From the NCBI GenBank assembly GCA_973895155.1, contig OZ316898.1:5133079-5197078 (forward strand): DNA of 64,000 nucleotides, read 5' to 3'. The notes under the pieces are model-generated. The model did not search any database. It had not been told where the DNA came from and was given only the letters and a program-made list of their open reading frames with translations. Position 1 is the stretch's first letter. Every line of letters starts with the position of its first letter. The position numbers and the translations under genes were made by a program. This stretch comes from Marsupella aquatica (taxonomy: Eukaryota; Plantae; Marchantiophyta). Positions 1 through 13,265 of the stretch are shown piece after piece.

Positions 1-3000
1 CTGGACGAAGACGACGGCGGAAATGACCACGATGCAGTACCAACACGGGCCGAGGATAGCGACCGCTATCAACCGTTAACAGCTACAAGAAACCGAAATC
101 AAGTAGGGTTAGGGGAGTACCAATCATCTCCCAGAGTCGTGGCTTGTATAAGCGTGGCTCCCTACCCCGCAGCGGCAAAGACCACAGAAGGGGAAGAACT
201 ACCGACGCACACAGGACCGTCCTTGGCTCGCCCGGCCAGGCCAAGTACCACCTCTAACCACTATCGACAGCAGCGAAGGGACCGAACAAACAAACAAGTA
301 CGGACAGCAGCGATTAAGGGATGTACGCTAGCAGATTACGTGAATGAAGTAGTCCCATCAAGCGGACCGTTTAGTTCAGCGAAGACAAGCCAAATCAAAT
401 CAATTGTACTAGCAGCAGAAGATCTATTGGAAATATTTCAAGTTCATGATTGGAAATACAAACTAACGAAAGGACAGGAAGAAGAGCGGGAACGATTTCC
501 GTATAGGGTAGTGATCGTAGGGTGTACTCACGGAAAATCATCCACCTGGATTGTGGATCGGATACTGATAGGACCTAACTCAATACCGTGCATAGAGAAC
601 TACGCCATGGGAAAATTACATGTGCTTCTAAAAGCTTACGAGACGGGGGAGTCCGAGAATCAAATACCCCTATCAGCGAGGGAGTTGCTAAGACGGAAAC
701 CCTATTTGCGGTTGGCGCTGAAGCTACGAGCGACTGCAGAGTGGAGCGGCTATCAGTGAGCACTGAGGTTCGAGTGGACAAGAGTGGGGAGCAAATATTA
801 CACATTGCCTGTAGGAATGAAGGTAGTAACCCTCAAGAGAGCAGGCAAATTTGCCGACGAGTACCCCAGGAAACGCACGACGATGGCAGAACTGCTAGAA
901 ACGCCAGCCATGGAAGGAACGACGTCATACACAGAAGAAGAACATGCGGAAGGAATGGAAACAGAGGTGCAAGAAGTCCTCACGGACACGACTATTAACG
1001 ATCAAGGAGTCGTCGGGAAGCAGCCACCGATCACCGATAGTGTAGCAGGAGCGAAGACGGAAATGGGAGAGCAAGAACTCGAAATGGAGCCGGGGTCCGA
1101 GTGGTAGGATGTCGAAGCATAAAAGGAAGTGCCGATCAAGGTACCGGAAGCTCAGGTCGAGAGGTCGGAGGTGCTGTCGGTGGGGAACGAAGGACCGCAG
1201 GTAAAACGAAAATTTATGCTTGCAGATTGGCTGACCGAAACCGACCCAAAGGTGGAGATTGCGGCAGTCACAGCAGCCATACTTGAGGAATCGATGCCTC
1301 CCGACACGAAGAGAACTCGCCCGAACAAGGTGAAATTTATTAACGAGGAACGGCCCAAGAGGAGAGCGACCGATTCAGAGAAGAAGAAGGCCAAGATAAT
1401 TGAACCCAAGGAGGAAAAAGAAGAGAGTAGCTCAGCCAGCGAGGAAGAAGAGCTTGGCAACGAAATAGCAGTCCAGAAGAAGAAGTCAGTTGGATCGAGT
1501 AGAGCCCGTCCGAGGGAAGTTTTCCATGTGCTTAAATTCGAAAGGATGGAGCCCCATATCTTGAAGAACATGAGAGACCCAACTCACCGGAAGTTCTTAC
1601 GGTCGCAAGGATTAGAGGATTTCGTGAATTCGACGTGGAGTGTTCCAACTGAGCTACAAGCCGAGGACTACAGCAAATTCATCTCCATGTGGAGGCCCAC
1701 CGAGAACCAAGGGAGATGCAGGGGGCAAATCATCAAGACCGACCCTCGGACATTGCGTGAGTTATTCAATTTGCCAGAGCGAGGAGCGGAAATTAAGAAG
1801 CGGATGGGGAAGACCTAGCAGCCAGCCTCATTTCCACAGCACAAGGAGGTAGATGACACACGAGGCTATCAGACCAAACACTGCACTAATGAGAGAATCA
1901 AAGAAAGGTTAGAATTCGTTACCCATGCCCTGCATTGGAAACGACCTAGGTCAGAGTACCCACGATTCATGATAAAAATCGTGGAAGAAGGGAGTGGTAA
2001 GCAAAAGAACTGGTCAGCGTTTTTTTATGAGGGATTCCATTCGGCGATTAAGCGAGCTCAGCGATTCATAAGTAGCCAGAGCAATTTGCCGGTAGAAATC
2101 GAATCGCATTTTCAAGTTTTAATAGGAAGTCAACTAAAGGAAGGAGGTAGCAAGAGAGGAAGTCCAGCAGTAGCACGACCCAAGACCGCAGACAAGACAG
2201 AGAAGGTCGAACCGACCGAGAAGCGCAAGAGCGCAAGGCAGGACGACAATGCATACGAGGAAGATAATCAACTAGGAGACGATCGATCGCCAATGCGAGT
2301 AACGAGGAGTATGGTCACGGAGCAGCCACCAACGAAGGACCAGGAGGGACCAGCTGAAACCAGGAAGTACTCGACGGCAGCGATTGAAGACGAGGATCTT
2401 AATTACGCTTTATCAGCGATTAGAGAAAAAGAGGCACAACTAGTACTGCAGGAGGGAGGATTGGAAGGGCTACGAGCTGAGATCGAAATGGTACAAAAGA
2501 ATAGCATTTTCAACGTCATGGTGGGACAGATCGTCAGTCAGATGTCAATTTATCAGGGGATACAAAGTGCTCTATTACAGTTGCAGTGGGACAAGCAGGA
2601 AGAAGACATGGCAAGGAAGTTAGCCAAGCAGGAAGAAGACATGGCAAGGAAGTTAGCCCAGCAGGAAGAATCGACAAAATGGGCAGTAGAGGCCGAGGGG
2701 ACGATTAAGAAGTTACTCACCCAAAATGCAGAGTTGTTACAAGAAAACGATCGATTAGCGACTAGTGAACGAGGATGGAGGCACAAAGAAACAGCCATCA
2801 AAGACTTAGCCGAATTCCTAGGCATCAAGAAGATACAAGCGGGGGGGTTAACAAGCAACTATAGGGAAGTAATCGAGGCCATCCGAGCAGCGATTACCAC
2901 GGTAAAGATGGAGAAACGAAAAGCCAACCTACAGACAGAGCAGGGTATAGAGAAGCTAAAGGAGATCGAGAAGTTGAGACTCCAACTCAAAGAAGAAGCA

Positions 3001-3398
3001 GCACGGCAACAGAGCATAGCCAGCAAGTGGGAAGTCAAACGCCAACGTGTAGAAGAACTGAAGCATAAAATCAAGGATCTGGATACACAACTCAGCCAAG
3101 CCACCTTACAAGGGGATCCGACGACGGCTTCAAGAGAATCCACGCTGGAGACCGCAAGGTATAAGGAAGCAGCCGAAAGTAGGATCGGTCAATTAGAAGT
3201 ACAACTTGCAGACGCCTTGAAACAACGACCAGAGGGGAGCAAAGCGAACGGGGAGCTGGAACAGCTCAGGTCAGAGCATGACCAATTGTCGCAAGAATTG
3301 GAAGACAAGGAAAGATCTATTCTAGATCTCAGGTCGGAGGTGAGGAAGCTCAAGGCACAAGTCCGAACACAGATCACCCCAATTAAGAAACCAGGTGT
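1..3398 (+). pseudogene. Large retroelement accessory ORF (plant-transposon-type domain plus long coiled coil), over 1,130 codons with 3 in-frame stops; last codons displaced to 20460-20484 by the CACTA insertion
   Basis: ORFs 139-759, 784-1107, 1129-1818 and 1969-3435 share one frame that is open from base 1, with single stops at 757, 1105 and 1816. Removing the CACTA and one TGT restores ...KKPGVSGGNGVH*. Core motifs align by eye with the LTR-encoded ORF at 33749-36400. Confidence 0.75.
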
Positions 3399-3469
3399 CA
3401 CTAGTAGAAACCGGGGGGTATTTAGACCCCATTAAACGACTATTCAATACCGTATAGGACTTGGAAACG

Positions 3470-3780
3470 ACTGGGAAGGACTCTAGTCCTTTATAGGACT
3501 GCGAGTCGTATGTTTTGTTACTATAATCAACTGAGTCCTTTATAGAACTGGTTTATAAGTCGTTTAATAGACTGGATTTTCAGTCTATTTTAGTCTTTGT
3601 GTGGGTAGCTTTGGTGAGTCTTTTTCAGTCTTTTATGGGCTGCGATGGTGAGTCGTTGGGAACAACTCAAAAGGTTATGGAGGGTAGTCTTTAAATATAC
3701 TTTGTGGGTTTATAAAATGACTAAAGTAGACACTTTGTGGGGGTTTATAAAACGACTAAAGTAGACACTTTGTGGGGTAT
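3470..3780. repeat. CACTA subterminal short repeats (AGTCTTT/GACT motifs; GTAGACACTTTGTGGGG x2)
   Basis: Repeated motifs just inside the left TIR. Related TAGTCTT motifs occur at 20305-20350 near the right TIR. Confidence 0.55.
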
Positions 3781-4299
3781 GTACAAGTCTTTCATGTCAA
3801 CTGGAAATGAGTGATGAAGACCCCACTATACTACTTGGAATGAACTCACTCTTGTGCACAAATAACACATTTCATTCATGTTTTATTGTGTACTTGGAAT
3901 GAACTCACTCTATAAGGTCACCATTCACCATGTTAACATTAGAACCTCACACAAATTTTCAGAAAGCCATCTTCTATACCATGTACACTAATATGAATTC
4001 ACAGATTCAAACATCATAGACTACAAAGAAGGTCACAAAGCATTCGTCTATACCATACACACTAATACTGAATTGATACAAAACAGATTCAAGTATCATA
4101 GACAATCACCATAGAGCCATAGTTTGACATCAATCACTTGTTTCATACATACAGAATTCAGAAATATCAATGTCACACACAACGGCTCCTTCATCCTCTT
4201 TACCAAATGGAAAAATTGGTACAGATATTTCTTGGATTTTTCCAAGGCAATGTCAAAATGTAACACAATTCACATGATTCTATCTACACTTGTATTCAG

Positions 4300-7200
4300 T
4301 CACTGCAGACTAACACACTCTGATGGCCAGAGCACAAGAGATCCTACTGCATCTGCAATTATTTCTTGAGGTGGATCATCGTCTCTATTCGGAAATGGCA
4401 AATTACAATCAGATACAATCACTGTAGTCAACAACACTACTACATGGTCATCCGAGACCACTTTGCCATGGAATTTAGCATGATCCGGTCGCAAAATGCC
4501 TGTACCCACACATACCTGCGAGTCATTCTCCCATGATAGAAGATTATGGACTGGCTCTGCTGTGGCTATCACCTCCACCTTACCCTGGCTGTTTTTCTTG
4601 GCTTTCCTGGGTGGCTTATACATGACATTATTCATACCTTGGTTGCGAGTCATGACTTTGGCACGAGTGTTTTGTGCTGGTGATCGAGAATTGGCTACAC
4701 TCTTCTTCAAAGAATCTGCATCCATATTTGACACTTCCGATTGTGTAGCAGGATTTCCCTGCGACATCATCTCAGTATCTGCTAACATTGTACTTGCTTC
4801 AATTGAAGCATCTACAATCTTACTTGCATCCAATGTTGCTCCCAAGTTTCGACGTCGCTTCACCCTGCTCCCACTTGGTTGAGAGTCTGTCAACTCTGCA
4901 TCAACTACAATTCAATGCATTGTCCAACATAAGTGAATCACTCATCACATGTGCGCCATGTACATGTCACCATCCACAAAGTTGTCACTATCTCCTTACC
5001 ATTATGAACAGCCTTCTTCCCCTTCTTTGCCATTGCCATATCCTCCATGTCTGCTTCTGCTGATCAATAAACAGACCACAAGATTCAGGTTCAATCTATT
5101 AACCACTGAATTGTTTCTCAACAATGGTAGGAGAGGAATTTAAAGCATCAGCTTACCTGATACCTCCTTGGCTATGGTCACTGAGGCACTGGGCACATCT
5201 TTTTCATTGCTCTTTGAATCACCTGATACATCAATCATGATGTCACTTCAATTCCCAGTTTATCCAACCAATTCTTACAGAAAAGATTACCTCCAACCGG
5301 CTTAAGCTTCACAAAACTCCATGCACTTTTCAAATGTAATGTACTGGATCATAGCAGGTTACCTGTCTCAGCAACCTTTTTGCCATTCTGCTTACCGATT
5401 ACAGGGTCCAGGTTCTCTGCCTCCACTCTTCCTGCATTCAAACCATTCACTCAATTCATGAAAACTTACTTCTAACATTTGAACATAGGACACAATGAAC
5501 AATGGGCCTCTCTTGTTTCAAAATCCTCATTGCATACCTGTGTCAGATTTGCCAATTCCCTTTTTTGTTAACAAGGGCACACTTTGTACAATGTTGCCCT
5601 CATTGTTTGGTTGGGAACCACCCAATTTTTCAATCACAAGCTTGAAATTAGATTCCACTGATGCAAGAAGGTTCGCTACAGATGCCTCCACAATATCCAA
5701 ACGATCAGCCAATTTACTTTCCACTCGAGGGAGTCCACACTCTAATGACTTCAACCGTTCAGACATCTTTGTGAGAGTTGTAACAGTTCCCTGTCATAAC
5801 ACAGTTTACATATCTCAAATAATTGTCCCCAAGAACTGGTTGCTTACTTCCTACTACAATTCTTTCTGATGCTCAAGGCCAAATAGTCACAGAACATATA
5901 GAATTACAACATAATCACCTGTTTGGAAGTCACACTTGTCACCTCACTCCTTTGTTTCATGAACTCCTCTCTCACTTCTTGTGCTGATGGTTCTTCACCT
6001 GTCAATTTCTTCTGCAGTCCACATCAACATACATATGAATGAAACCAAGTGTTGATTGTCCATGAAAATGTAATAATGGTAGCAAGATGATAAGTTTGAG
6101 GCTTACTATTAGGCATGTCACTGCCTTACCAATTGTTCTTTCACTGGAGCATAACTTCCTCTCCCAGCCTGTGAAAGGTGTTTCACTTTGCCTCGAGCAT
6201 TTGACATCAGTTCACTCTTGCTCTGTCCAACCTCCGACATGAACCCTTTGATTAACCGTGTCCATTGATCCAGTTCCAATGATGGGGGTGGTGGCATTCT
6301 CCTGTTAGAACCATTGTCTATCCACATCCTTTTCAACCTATGCCTCTCTTGTTTCAAAATCCTCATTGCATAATCTGATATGCAATCTTCAACTGGGCCC
6401 TTACCATCATTACCAACATAGTCCCACCGTTCAAGAATGTCCTTGCAGATAGCAGCCCAATCAGCTTTGTTCTGACTCCTAAACTCTGTAATGCTCAAAT
6501 CTAACCAACGCAATACTTCTCCTCTTAGGTCAGAATGCCAACGGTTCTTACCATCACATGTGGGAGTTATCCAACCTTCGGAATTCACTTCTACTTTACC
6601 AAATTTGTTACTGTCTCCTGCCTTGGTACTCCCTGAAGCGCTACTAGGTGTCCCTCCACGGCCTGGTGTCCCCCCACGGCCTGGGGTCCCTCCACGGCCT
6701 AATCTCCCCCCACGGCCTGGATTGCATTGTCCAAACCTCCCTGGAGTCCCTGCACATTTACAGGATCCATTTACAGTCACTTACATTAGGTAAGTATGAA
6801 TCATAAATCCTGCTGCCAAATATACACTGGACTTCAGAGCAATTCTGCAATGACCAAGTTACCTCTCCCTTGGCGCATAGATGGTTCTGGACCACCTGTC
6901 CTATTGCTTTGTCTTGATGAATTAGGGCCGTTTCTCCCGCCTGTGAATGATTGCCGCCTATCTGAACGTGGATGGCCTTTGTTGTTTTCGTGATTGTCCC
7001 AATCAGAGTCTGCATACCAACAGGTACATGCCACACTCATGGACCTGTAAGATAAACTCTTTGCCCTAGCTACACATCAGATAAGTCCATATTGAGCTAA
7101 ATCTCTACTACCATCACAAAATCACTAGCACAAGGCACTTACTTGTCCAATCATCCTCCTCACCTGTCCATTGCCCTCTGTACCCGTCTCTACCACGCTC

Positions 7201-7660
7201 TGGGTGTTCATATTCATCCCATCCATCTTCTGCTCCATCATAGTCATCATCATAATTATCAGGCGTCCCTTGCCAATAACTCTGGCTCCTTCTAGGGTAT
7301 GGATTATGTGATTTCTCTCTAGCTGCCCACCTACCTGGGACTTGATGAGGGCCCTGTGCATCCTGCATAGGTGCATTTTTCTGTGAGCCCCCTGCATCTG
7401 GGTCTCCATCCATATCCAATCTTTCCTCTTCACCCCACTCTCCAAGCCCCATGTCTGTCTCCATGTCATCACCCTCTTCCCCCATAGCTTCTGCACAGCA
7501 CCCACAACCAAACAGGGAGAATCAGCACACTAAATTCAAAGTATCAATCAATTTCATGCATATCCAACTATCCTAAACATCATTCCAGGCAGCAATTCCC
7601 GTTCTGTGACTCTGTGCAGGTAGTCATCCTCAACCTCATACTTGCCAATCGCCAGCTGTT
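4300..7660 (-). CDS. Multi-exon CACTA TnpA-like protein (Ptta/En/Spm-type region plus C-terminal Tnp1/En/Spm-like domain); exon boundaries approximate
   Basis: Segment 6118-6780 (ERHRLKRMW...QWTRLI...SELMSNARGKVKHLSQAGRGSY) resembles Transposase_24. Segment 4300-4893 ends VGTGILRP...FHGKVV..DHVVVLL...LPFP...ADAVGSLVLWP, typical of the TnpA C-terminus. GT/AG signals lie between ORF pieces. Confidence 0.75.
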
Positions 7661-7662
7661 GC

Positions 7663-10600
7663 CTATTGCAAATCATCAACCTCATCATATTCCATTTGCC
7701 CAGGTTCATCATATGTCTCTCTCAATGTTAAGGGGATGTAGTCAGTCCCTGCCCGAGTTGGAAGTACAGTCTCATGACTAGGATGCTCGAATGCAGCATG
7801 GTCATCCAAACTGAACTCTACTTTACTTCCATCCATCCGCCTGTTCCGTGCTTGGCTATGGCATACCACCCTCCAGCCATGTGACTCCTCCACATCTGCA
7901 AAGAAAGCCTGTTCAACTTGGCTAGGGAAAACAAAAGGCTCAGACCATTCTGGTACTCTGGACCTAAAATTGGCCAACAAGAACCCATCATGATCACGCT
8001 TCATGGTGGCCCTTGGTCTCTGCCACTCTGATTTCACCCATGATCCCTTCATCAATATCACTGGGACACTTGTGTTACCATAATTCAACACCCAAATGTC
8101 GGTCAACTCCCCCACGTAACCCATCTTCATCCACCCCCTCTGTTCTTCAGAGGTTCTCTGCTCAAACACAGAAATCAAACCACAATCATATGATACACAA
8201 TGGTCACCCTGCTCATCCCTCACTCGATAATGATTTCCATAAGCTCTCATCCGTTTGTAGGTCAGAATAGACAATCGTGGTGGCACAGATAGAAGATACA
8301 AATCCTTCTCCATATCTGGGTGATGTCTACTATGCTCTCGAATTGTCACCCGAATCCACTGCTCGAACTGTGGGAAGGGATCCTGCTGCCCAGAGTGTGC
8401 AGCTTTTTGCATATCATATTCCCTGCAATATGAGGTACAGGCATAGTTAGGTCTAAACAACACATGACACCCTAAGATCACCCTTGGAACAGACAAGAAG
8501 CATCACAACAAAGGCAAGTCAATTCAATCACTCACCTCCACCATGGTTGCATAGGCTCTGTGTTTGCCAGCACATATGAATGAGCCTTGTCTCGAATTGC
8601 AACAGGCAGCTGAACAGCACGTCCCACACCTTCAACAACCTCGCCACTCACTCCATCATCTTCACCAGATTTCCAAACTCTTGTCATAGCTTCACCAGAC
8701 CCAGCCATGTACTCTGTTAGGAATCCCAACGTCTCATCCTTAATGTACCCCAATGCCATGGAAGCCTCTGGCCTGTAGTATGTTCTCACATGACCTTTCA
8801 ACAACTTCATGTATCGCTCCATAGGGTACATCCATCTGGTACTGACTGGCCCATACTGCCCTAGCTCTTCTACCACATGGATTAGGAGATGAGTCATAAC
8901 ATCAAAGAAAGCAGGGGGGAAGTATATCTCCAAGTCACAGAGGACATAAGCAGCATCCTGCTTCAACTGCTCCAATCCTTGGGGATCCCACACTTTCACA
9001 CATATACGGCGAAATACATTGCACAGTCGAAGAATGACATTACGGACTGGTTTCTGCATGAGACCTCTGAGGCATAGGGGCAGAATGTGCTGCATCAACA
9101 CATGGTAGTCATGTGTTTTCATACTGCCAAGTTTATTCTTTGTAATATGCTTCTTGAAGGCACCAGCATAGCCAGAGGGCACTTTCAGACAGCTCAATCT
9201 ATACAAGAATGTCTTCCATTCATCCTGTGTGCACACATAGGGAGCTTGGAACTTGAGAAGTACATTGGGATTGCTTGCATGGGGCTTCAACCAAAGGTGA
9301 GGGCGAATCCCCTTCTGTTGCATATTAGCTCGAACTGCTCCTGTATCTTTCTCACCCGACAAGAACTTCAGCAAGCTCTCACAAATATTTTTCTCAATGT
9401 GCATGACGTCCACATTGTGTTTGCTGGGCTCGAATTCCTGCACTCCACAAAGCAAAGAATTCAACAACAGAAACACTAATTAACCACATAGGAGGATTGT
9501 AACCAACATCAATCCACCATTGCTCCAATCTAAAATTGCAATCATACAGGGGCTGGAGGCTAAGTACATTACCCTCCAGTACTCCAACTCCAAGTCCATC
9601 AAGGTCTGTCTTTTCACACCGTGTTTCACCACTGGATCCTCAGGTTCTCGATCAGTGGCACTTCTCTTGTCCCAATCAGCCTTCCTGGCTGCCCACCTCA
9701 GGACTTGCTCTCTGGTGACCCTCTGTGGTGGGCCACGAAGCTTTGTTTTGTTGTTGAAGTGTGCAATTTGAGACCGTGTGTGCCTGTAAGGATGATCAAC
9801 AGGCAGATACCTTCTATGCCCCTGAAATTTCATACTGTGCAGGGCATGCGACCACTCACTTGTCACATTTTTCCCACATGGTGTGCACCCCACATAGCCC
9901 TTTGTCACTCGTCCAGATATGATGCCATGGCCTGGGTAATCTGCTATATCCAGCAAACAAATTGCATGCAGTCTAAAGGGGCTGGGTCGAAGAAGCCCCT
10001 TCAGAACATCATGGGTTAACACCCCTTCTATCCACAAAGTCTTCCACTCTTCCACTGCTGGAGCCAACATGATATCTATGAATTGCTCGGTCACAGAAGC
10101 TGGTCCAGGGATTAACAGCACCATCATGACAAAAAACCTCTTTGTAGTCATCCATGGGGGAAGGTTGTAATTTAGCAGCGTAACCGGCCAACATGAATAA
10201 CGGTTGTTTTTGTCTCCAAATGGGTTTACTCCATCCAGTGATAGACCAAATCGAAAGTTCCGCTTCTCTGCAGCAAACTGTGGCCACCTCTCATCAACAA
10301 ATTTCCAATGGTTGGAATCTCCAATGTGACGCTGCAGGCCATCACTGCTCTTGTTATCAGGAGTCCATGTCATCAGCTTGGAAATGGCAGGGCATCTAAA
10401 CAGACGTTGTAGTCTAGGAATGAGAGGAAAATGACGAAGAACCTTGGCAGGGTGTGTACATTTCCCTACATTCTTGTACCTGTGCTTACCACAATGAGGG
10501 CATGTCAATTTATCTGCATGCTCTTTGCGAAAGAGAACACACCCATCAGGGCATGCGTCAATAGACACATAGTTCAGCCCAAGGTTAGACATCAATTTCC

Positions 10601-11375
10601 TAGCCTCGTACATATTTTTTGGAATTGAATTACCATCTGGTAACACATTTCGGCGCAGGAAGGTCAACAACTCTGTCACAAATATATTGGGAACATTGTG
10701 ATTGCCACAGATGTTCAACAACAACACGACAAAACCCAGCTTGGAGCAGTTCGACCCCTCGTAGATAGGAATGCAAGCTTCTTTGATGTGTTTTGGGCCC
10801 CCAAACACCCACTCCCTCTCTGCTGCACCTTCCCCAATGTCAAAGTCAGGTTCAGCTTGGCCGTCGCCAATGTGTGGCTGCGGTTCATTGTCCTCTTCTG
10901 ATTCCACTATGTCGTAAAAAGCATCAAGGTCTTCAAAAATCTCTTGAACCATTCTTGGGACATCCATCCCACCGTCCTCAGTGACTGCCTCTGCATCTCC
11001 ATCTTGGTCATCCACGTTCTCATGTTGGACCCCAGGACCATCCTCTGCACAGTCTATGTCCTGCTCTACGTAGTCTCTACGCCTAGCTGTATTAGAATCC
11101 ACAAAGTCAGCTCTCCACTCTTCATCAGAGGAGTCTTCTTCTGCTGGTACATTCCAAACCCTCCACCGAGGGTGCCTTTCATGCCGCAGCAGGTGAAGGT
11201 GCACAGTGTTCAAACTCAATGACTTGAATCCTTGGCACTGTGTGCATGGGCATCTCATCCTCCTACTCCTACCTTGGGCGGCCCGGGCTTGTTCACGCAT
11301 CCACAATTTAGAATCATGATGCCTAATCCTAAATGGGTTGTGAAGAGGCAACCTTGGAGCCATCACTATACACAC
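7663..11375 (-). CDS. CACTA transposase TnpD/Tnp2 (Transposase_21 + DUF4218 + DUF4216), three exons
   Basis: Motifs CPCTQC, IDACPDGCVLFR, LRHFPLIPRLQRLF, LSLDGVNPF, DVMHIEKNICE, MKTHDYHVLMQ, FFDVMTHLLIH, WMYPMERYM and EPFVFPSQVEQAFF. Introns at about 9571-9439 and 8535-8424 (GTAATG..TGCAG, GTGAGT..TGCAG). No stops seen in exons. Confidence 0.95.
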
Positions 11376-11691
11376 GCACTCAGCACCCTGTCATTTTATT
11401 AATTGCAAGTGAAAAATACACTTCCTGTTAAGGATTTCACCCCCGACTGTACTTGCCAAAATACGTAACGTTCCAAAAAAACAAAAAAACAAAAAATATA
11501 GGTGCCTGAGTCATGTACCTATTCTCAAGTGAATGAGACAAAATTCCTAAATGTTTGAGGGTGTCAACTCCTCCGCTGTCCTCACATGTACTGCCTCTGC
11601 ATGTACATCCATGACCATATCAGAGTCCAATCATGTATAGTCATAGACACAGGTGCCAGGTGCGAGACCGGTGTGAGATGTCCTCATCTTA

Positions 11692-12261
11692 CTACCACAT
11701 CAAATACGGATACCAATCTTGTTGTCGATGCCACTCAGCCCTGAGGTACTCAGGCATGTACATTAAGTCATCAAGGTCTAAACCCTGCTCATGCCATGGT
11801 GGTCTTCGATCCGTGCCTACAAGCAGTGGCAGCAGTGCCCTCCATGGTGCACATGTTGCTACCAAGTCCCTCCACTGGGTACTAATTAGTCTATATTTGC
11901 AGATATCTTGTGCGCCAGACACCACAAGAACCCTCGGCCAGACATGTGTAAGAACTATATCATCTGCCAAATCAGGCAACAAGGAACCACCTACAGCATC
12001 GTGCTTGTCTAACTCATCTGCTGAAAAGTAAATGTCCTCTTCCGACTGTGCATCCTCATTCACCACAGCATTCACAACACATCCAAGGTCTGCAGGCATT
12101 ATCTCGGATGGAGCTACACTCTGTCTGGTTACCAATCCACACAAGTAAGCCCAAGCAGTAGCCATGCACGATGCAACCCGTAGGAGGACCCTACACAGGG
12201 CCTGACGGTCTGGAAGAGGCAGCATACCCACCAAAGTCTTCAGCCAAACAGAGCCCAGCAA
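11692..12261 (-). CDS. F-box-like protein (CACTA cargo)
   Basis: LLPDLADDIVLTHVWPRV...ICKYRLISTQWRDLV follows the F-box pattern LP.LP.D....I...L......R.V...W..L. The start codon is uncertain. Confidence 0.6.
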   Translation of the reverse strand: MLGSVWLKTLVGMLPLPDRQALCRVLLRVASCMATAWAYLCGLVTRQSVAPSEIMPADLGCVVNAVVNEDAQSEEDIYFSADELDKHDAVGGSLLPDLADDIVLTHVWPRVLVVSGAQDICKYRLISTQWRDLVATCAPWRALLPLLVGTDRRPPWHEQGLDLDDLMYMPEYLRAEWHRQQDWYPYLMW

Positions 12262-12401
12262 GTAGATTCACAGTCACACCCCACGCAGCAGGAAACAACA
12301 ATCACTTCAACTGCGACCAACCATGACAAGATGAGTTAGTTCAAGGATCACATTTATTACAAAATTGTGATTTATACAAAAATATGAGGGACTCCTACTC
12401 C

Positions 12402-13265
12402 TCACTCTCTCCCACCTTTGCTAAGCATACATCTCCGCTGAATCTTGGAGGGCCAGGCCTCAAAAATATCAAAGTCCCAAGCATTCTGTCGCTTCCCTCT
12501 AGCTGCTGATTCCAGAAGCCAATCAGGGGAAAGCACCCAAAGATTGTTGTTCATGACAAAATCACGCACTGTTGTCTTAAAGAATTTTCTGCATATTTTC
12601 ATGTATGACAGACCTACAACATGAGTGGAGGTTTCTGTTAGACTCTCCTCCACTGTCCCACCTAGCTCAACAACTATAGACTTGTACAGTCTGCACTTAG
12701 TCTCCCCAATTCCTTCTTCTGCAAATACCACACTGAACCCCTTCATAATGGTATTTCTCTCCTTGCCATGCTCATTCAATATAGCATCTGCACGCATAGG
12801 ATGGTGTCCTATGTTGACAACAGGTCCATATTGGACAGAAGCAAAGTTGGGTTTCTCTGCCGCTGCTTCATAGGCTTCCTTTTCAGCCAAAGCCTCTGTA
12901 GTGGCCTCCTCACTCTCCCACAACTCATATTGCTCAGTACTCTGTACACACCTATGTTTAACAGAATCGGTCAGCCAAGAGACTTCAACTACTTTTAGAC
13001 CTTGGTTGGTAATGGCAGAATCAATGAAGGACCATGACCACTTGTTCATCACATCCAGCCATGTCCCCGCAACAACATGTGTAGTCTGTGGAGTGATGTC
13101 CTTGACTTCAGTCCCATGGAACTCTGAGAATCGTTTTTGTACGATTGGCCAACTCACTTGGGTGAACCCATAGTGGCCAGGAATCAAAATGGCTTTGATT
13201 CCAGCCAACAGAGGCGGGTGGTCAACATTTGTACGTTTCCTAGAGGCCATGTACACACGGGCCAC
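12402..13265 (-). CDS. Tandem BRCT-domain protein, resembling the plant DNA polymerase lambda N-terminal BRCT (CACTA cargo)
   Basis: Two repeats: G....DITPQTTHVV...VVEVSWLTDS and LGGTVEESLTETSTHVV...VLSPDWLLES, which carry the BRCT GG, THVV and W..D/ES hallmarks. Basic N-terminus MASRKR. Confidence 0.85.
   Translation of the reverse strand: MARVYMASRKRTNVDHPPLLAGIKAILIPGHYGFTQVSWPIVQKRFSEFHGTEVKDITPQTTHVVAGTWLDVMNKWSWSFIDSAITNQGLKVVEVSWLTDSVKHRCVQSTEQYELWESEEATTEALAEKEAYEAAAEKPNFASVQYGPVVNIGHHPMRADAILNEHGKERNTIMKGFSVVFAEEGIGETKCRLYKSIVVELGGTVEESLTETSTHVVGLSYMKICRKFFKTTVRDFVMNNNLWVLSPDWLLESAARGKRQNAWDFDIFEAWPSKIQRRCMLSKGGRE

Noticed and set aside
1969-3435. 488-aa ORF as an intact SMC/myosin-like host gene
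   Set aside because: It is the tail of a longer disrupted retroelement ORF, and its last codons are read from the CACTA TIR.
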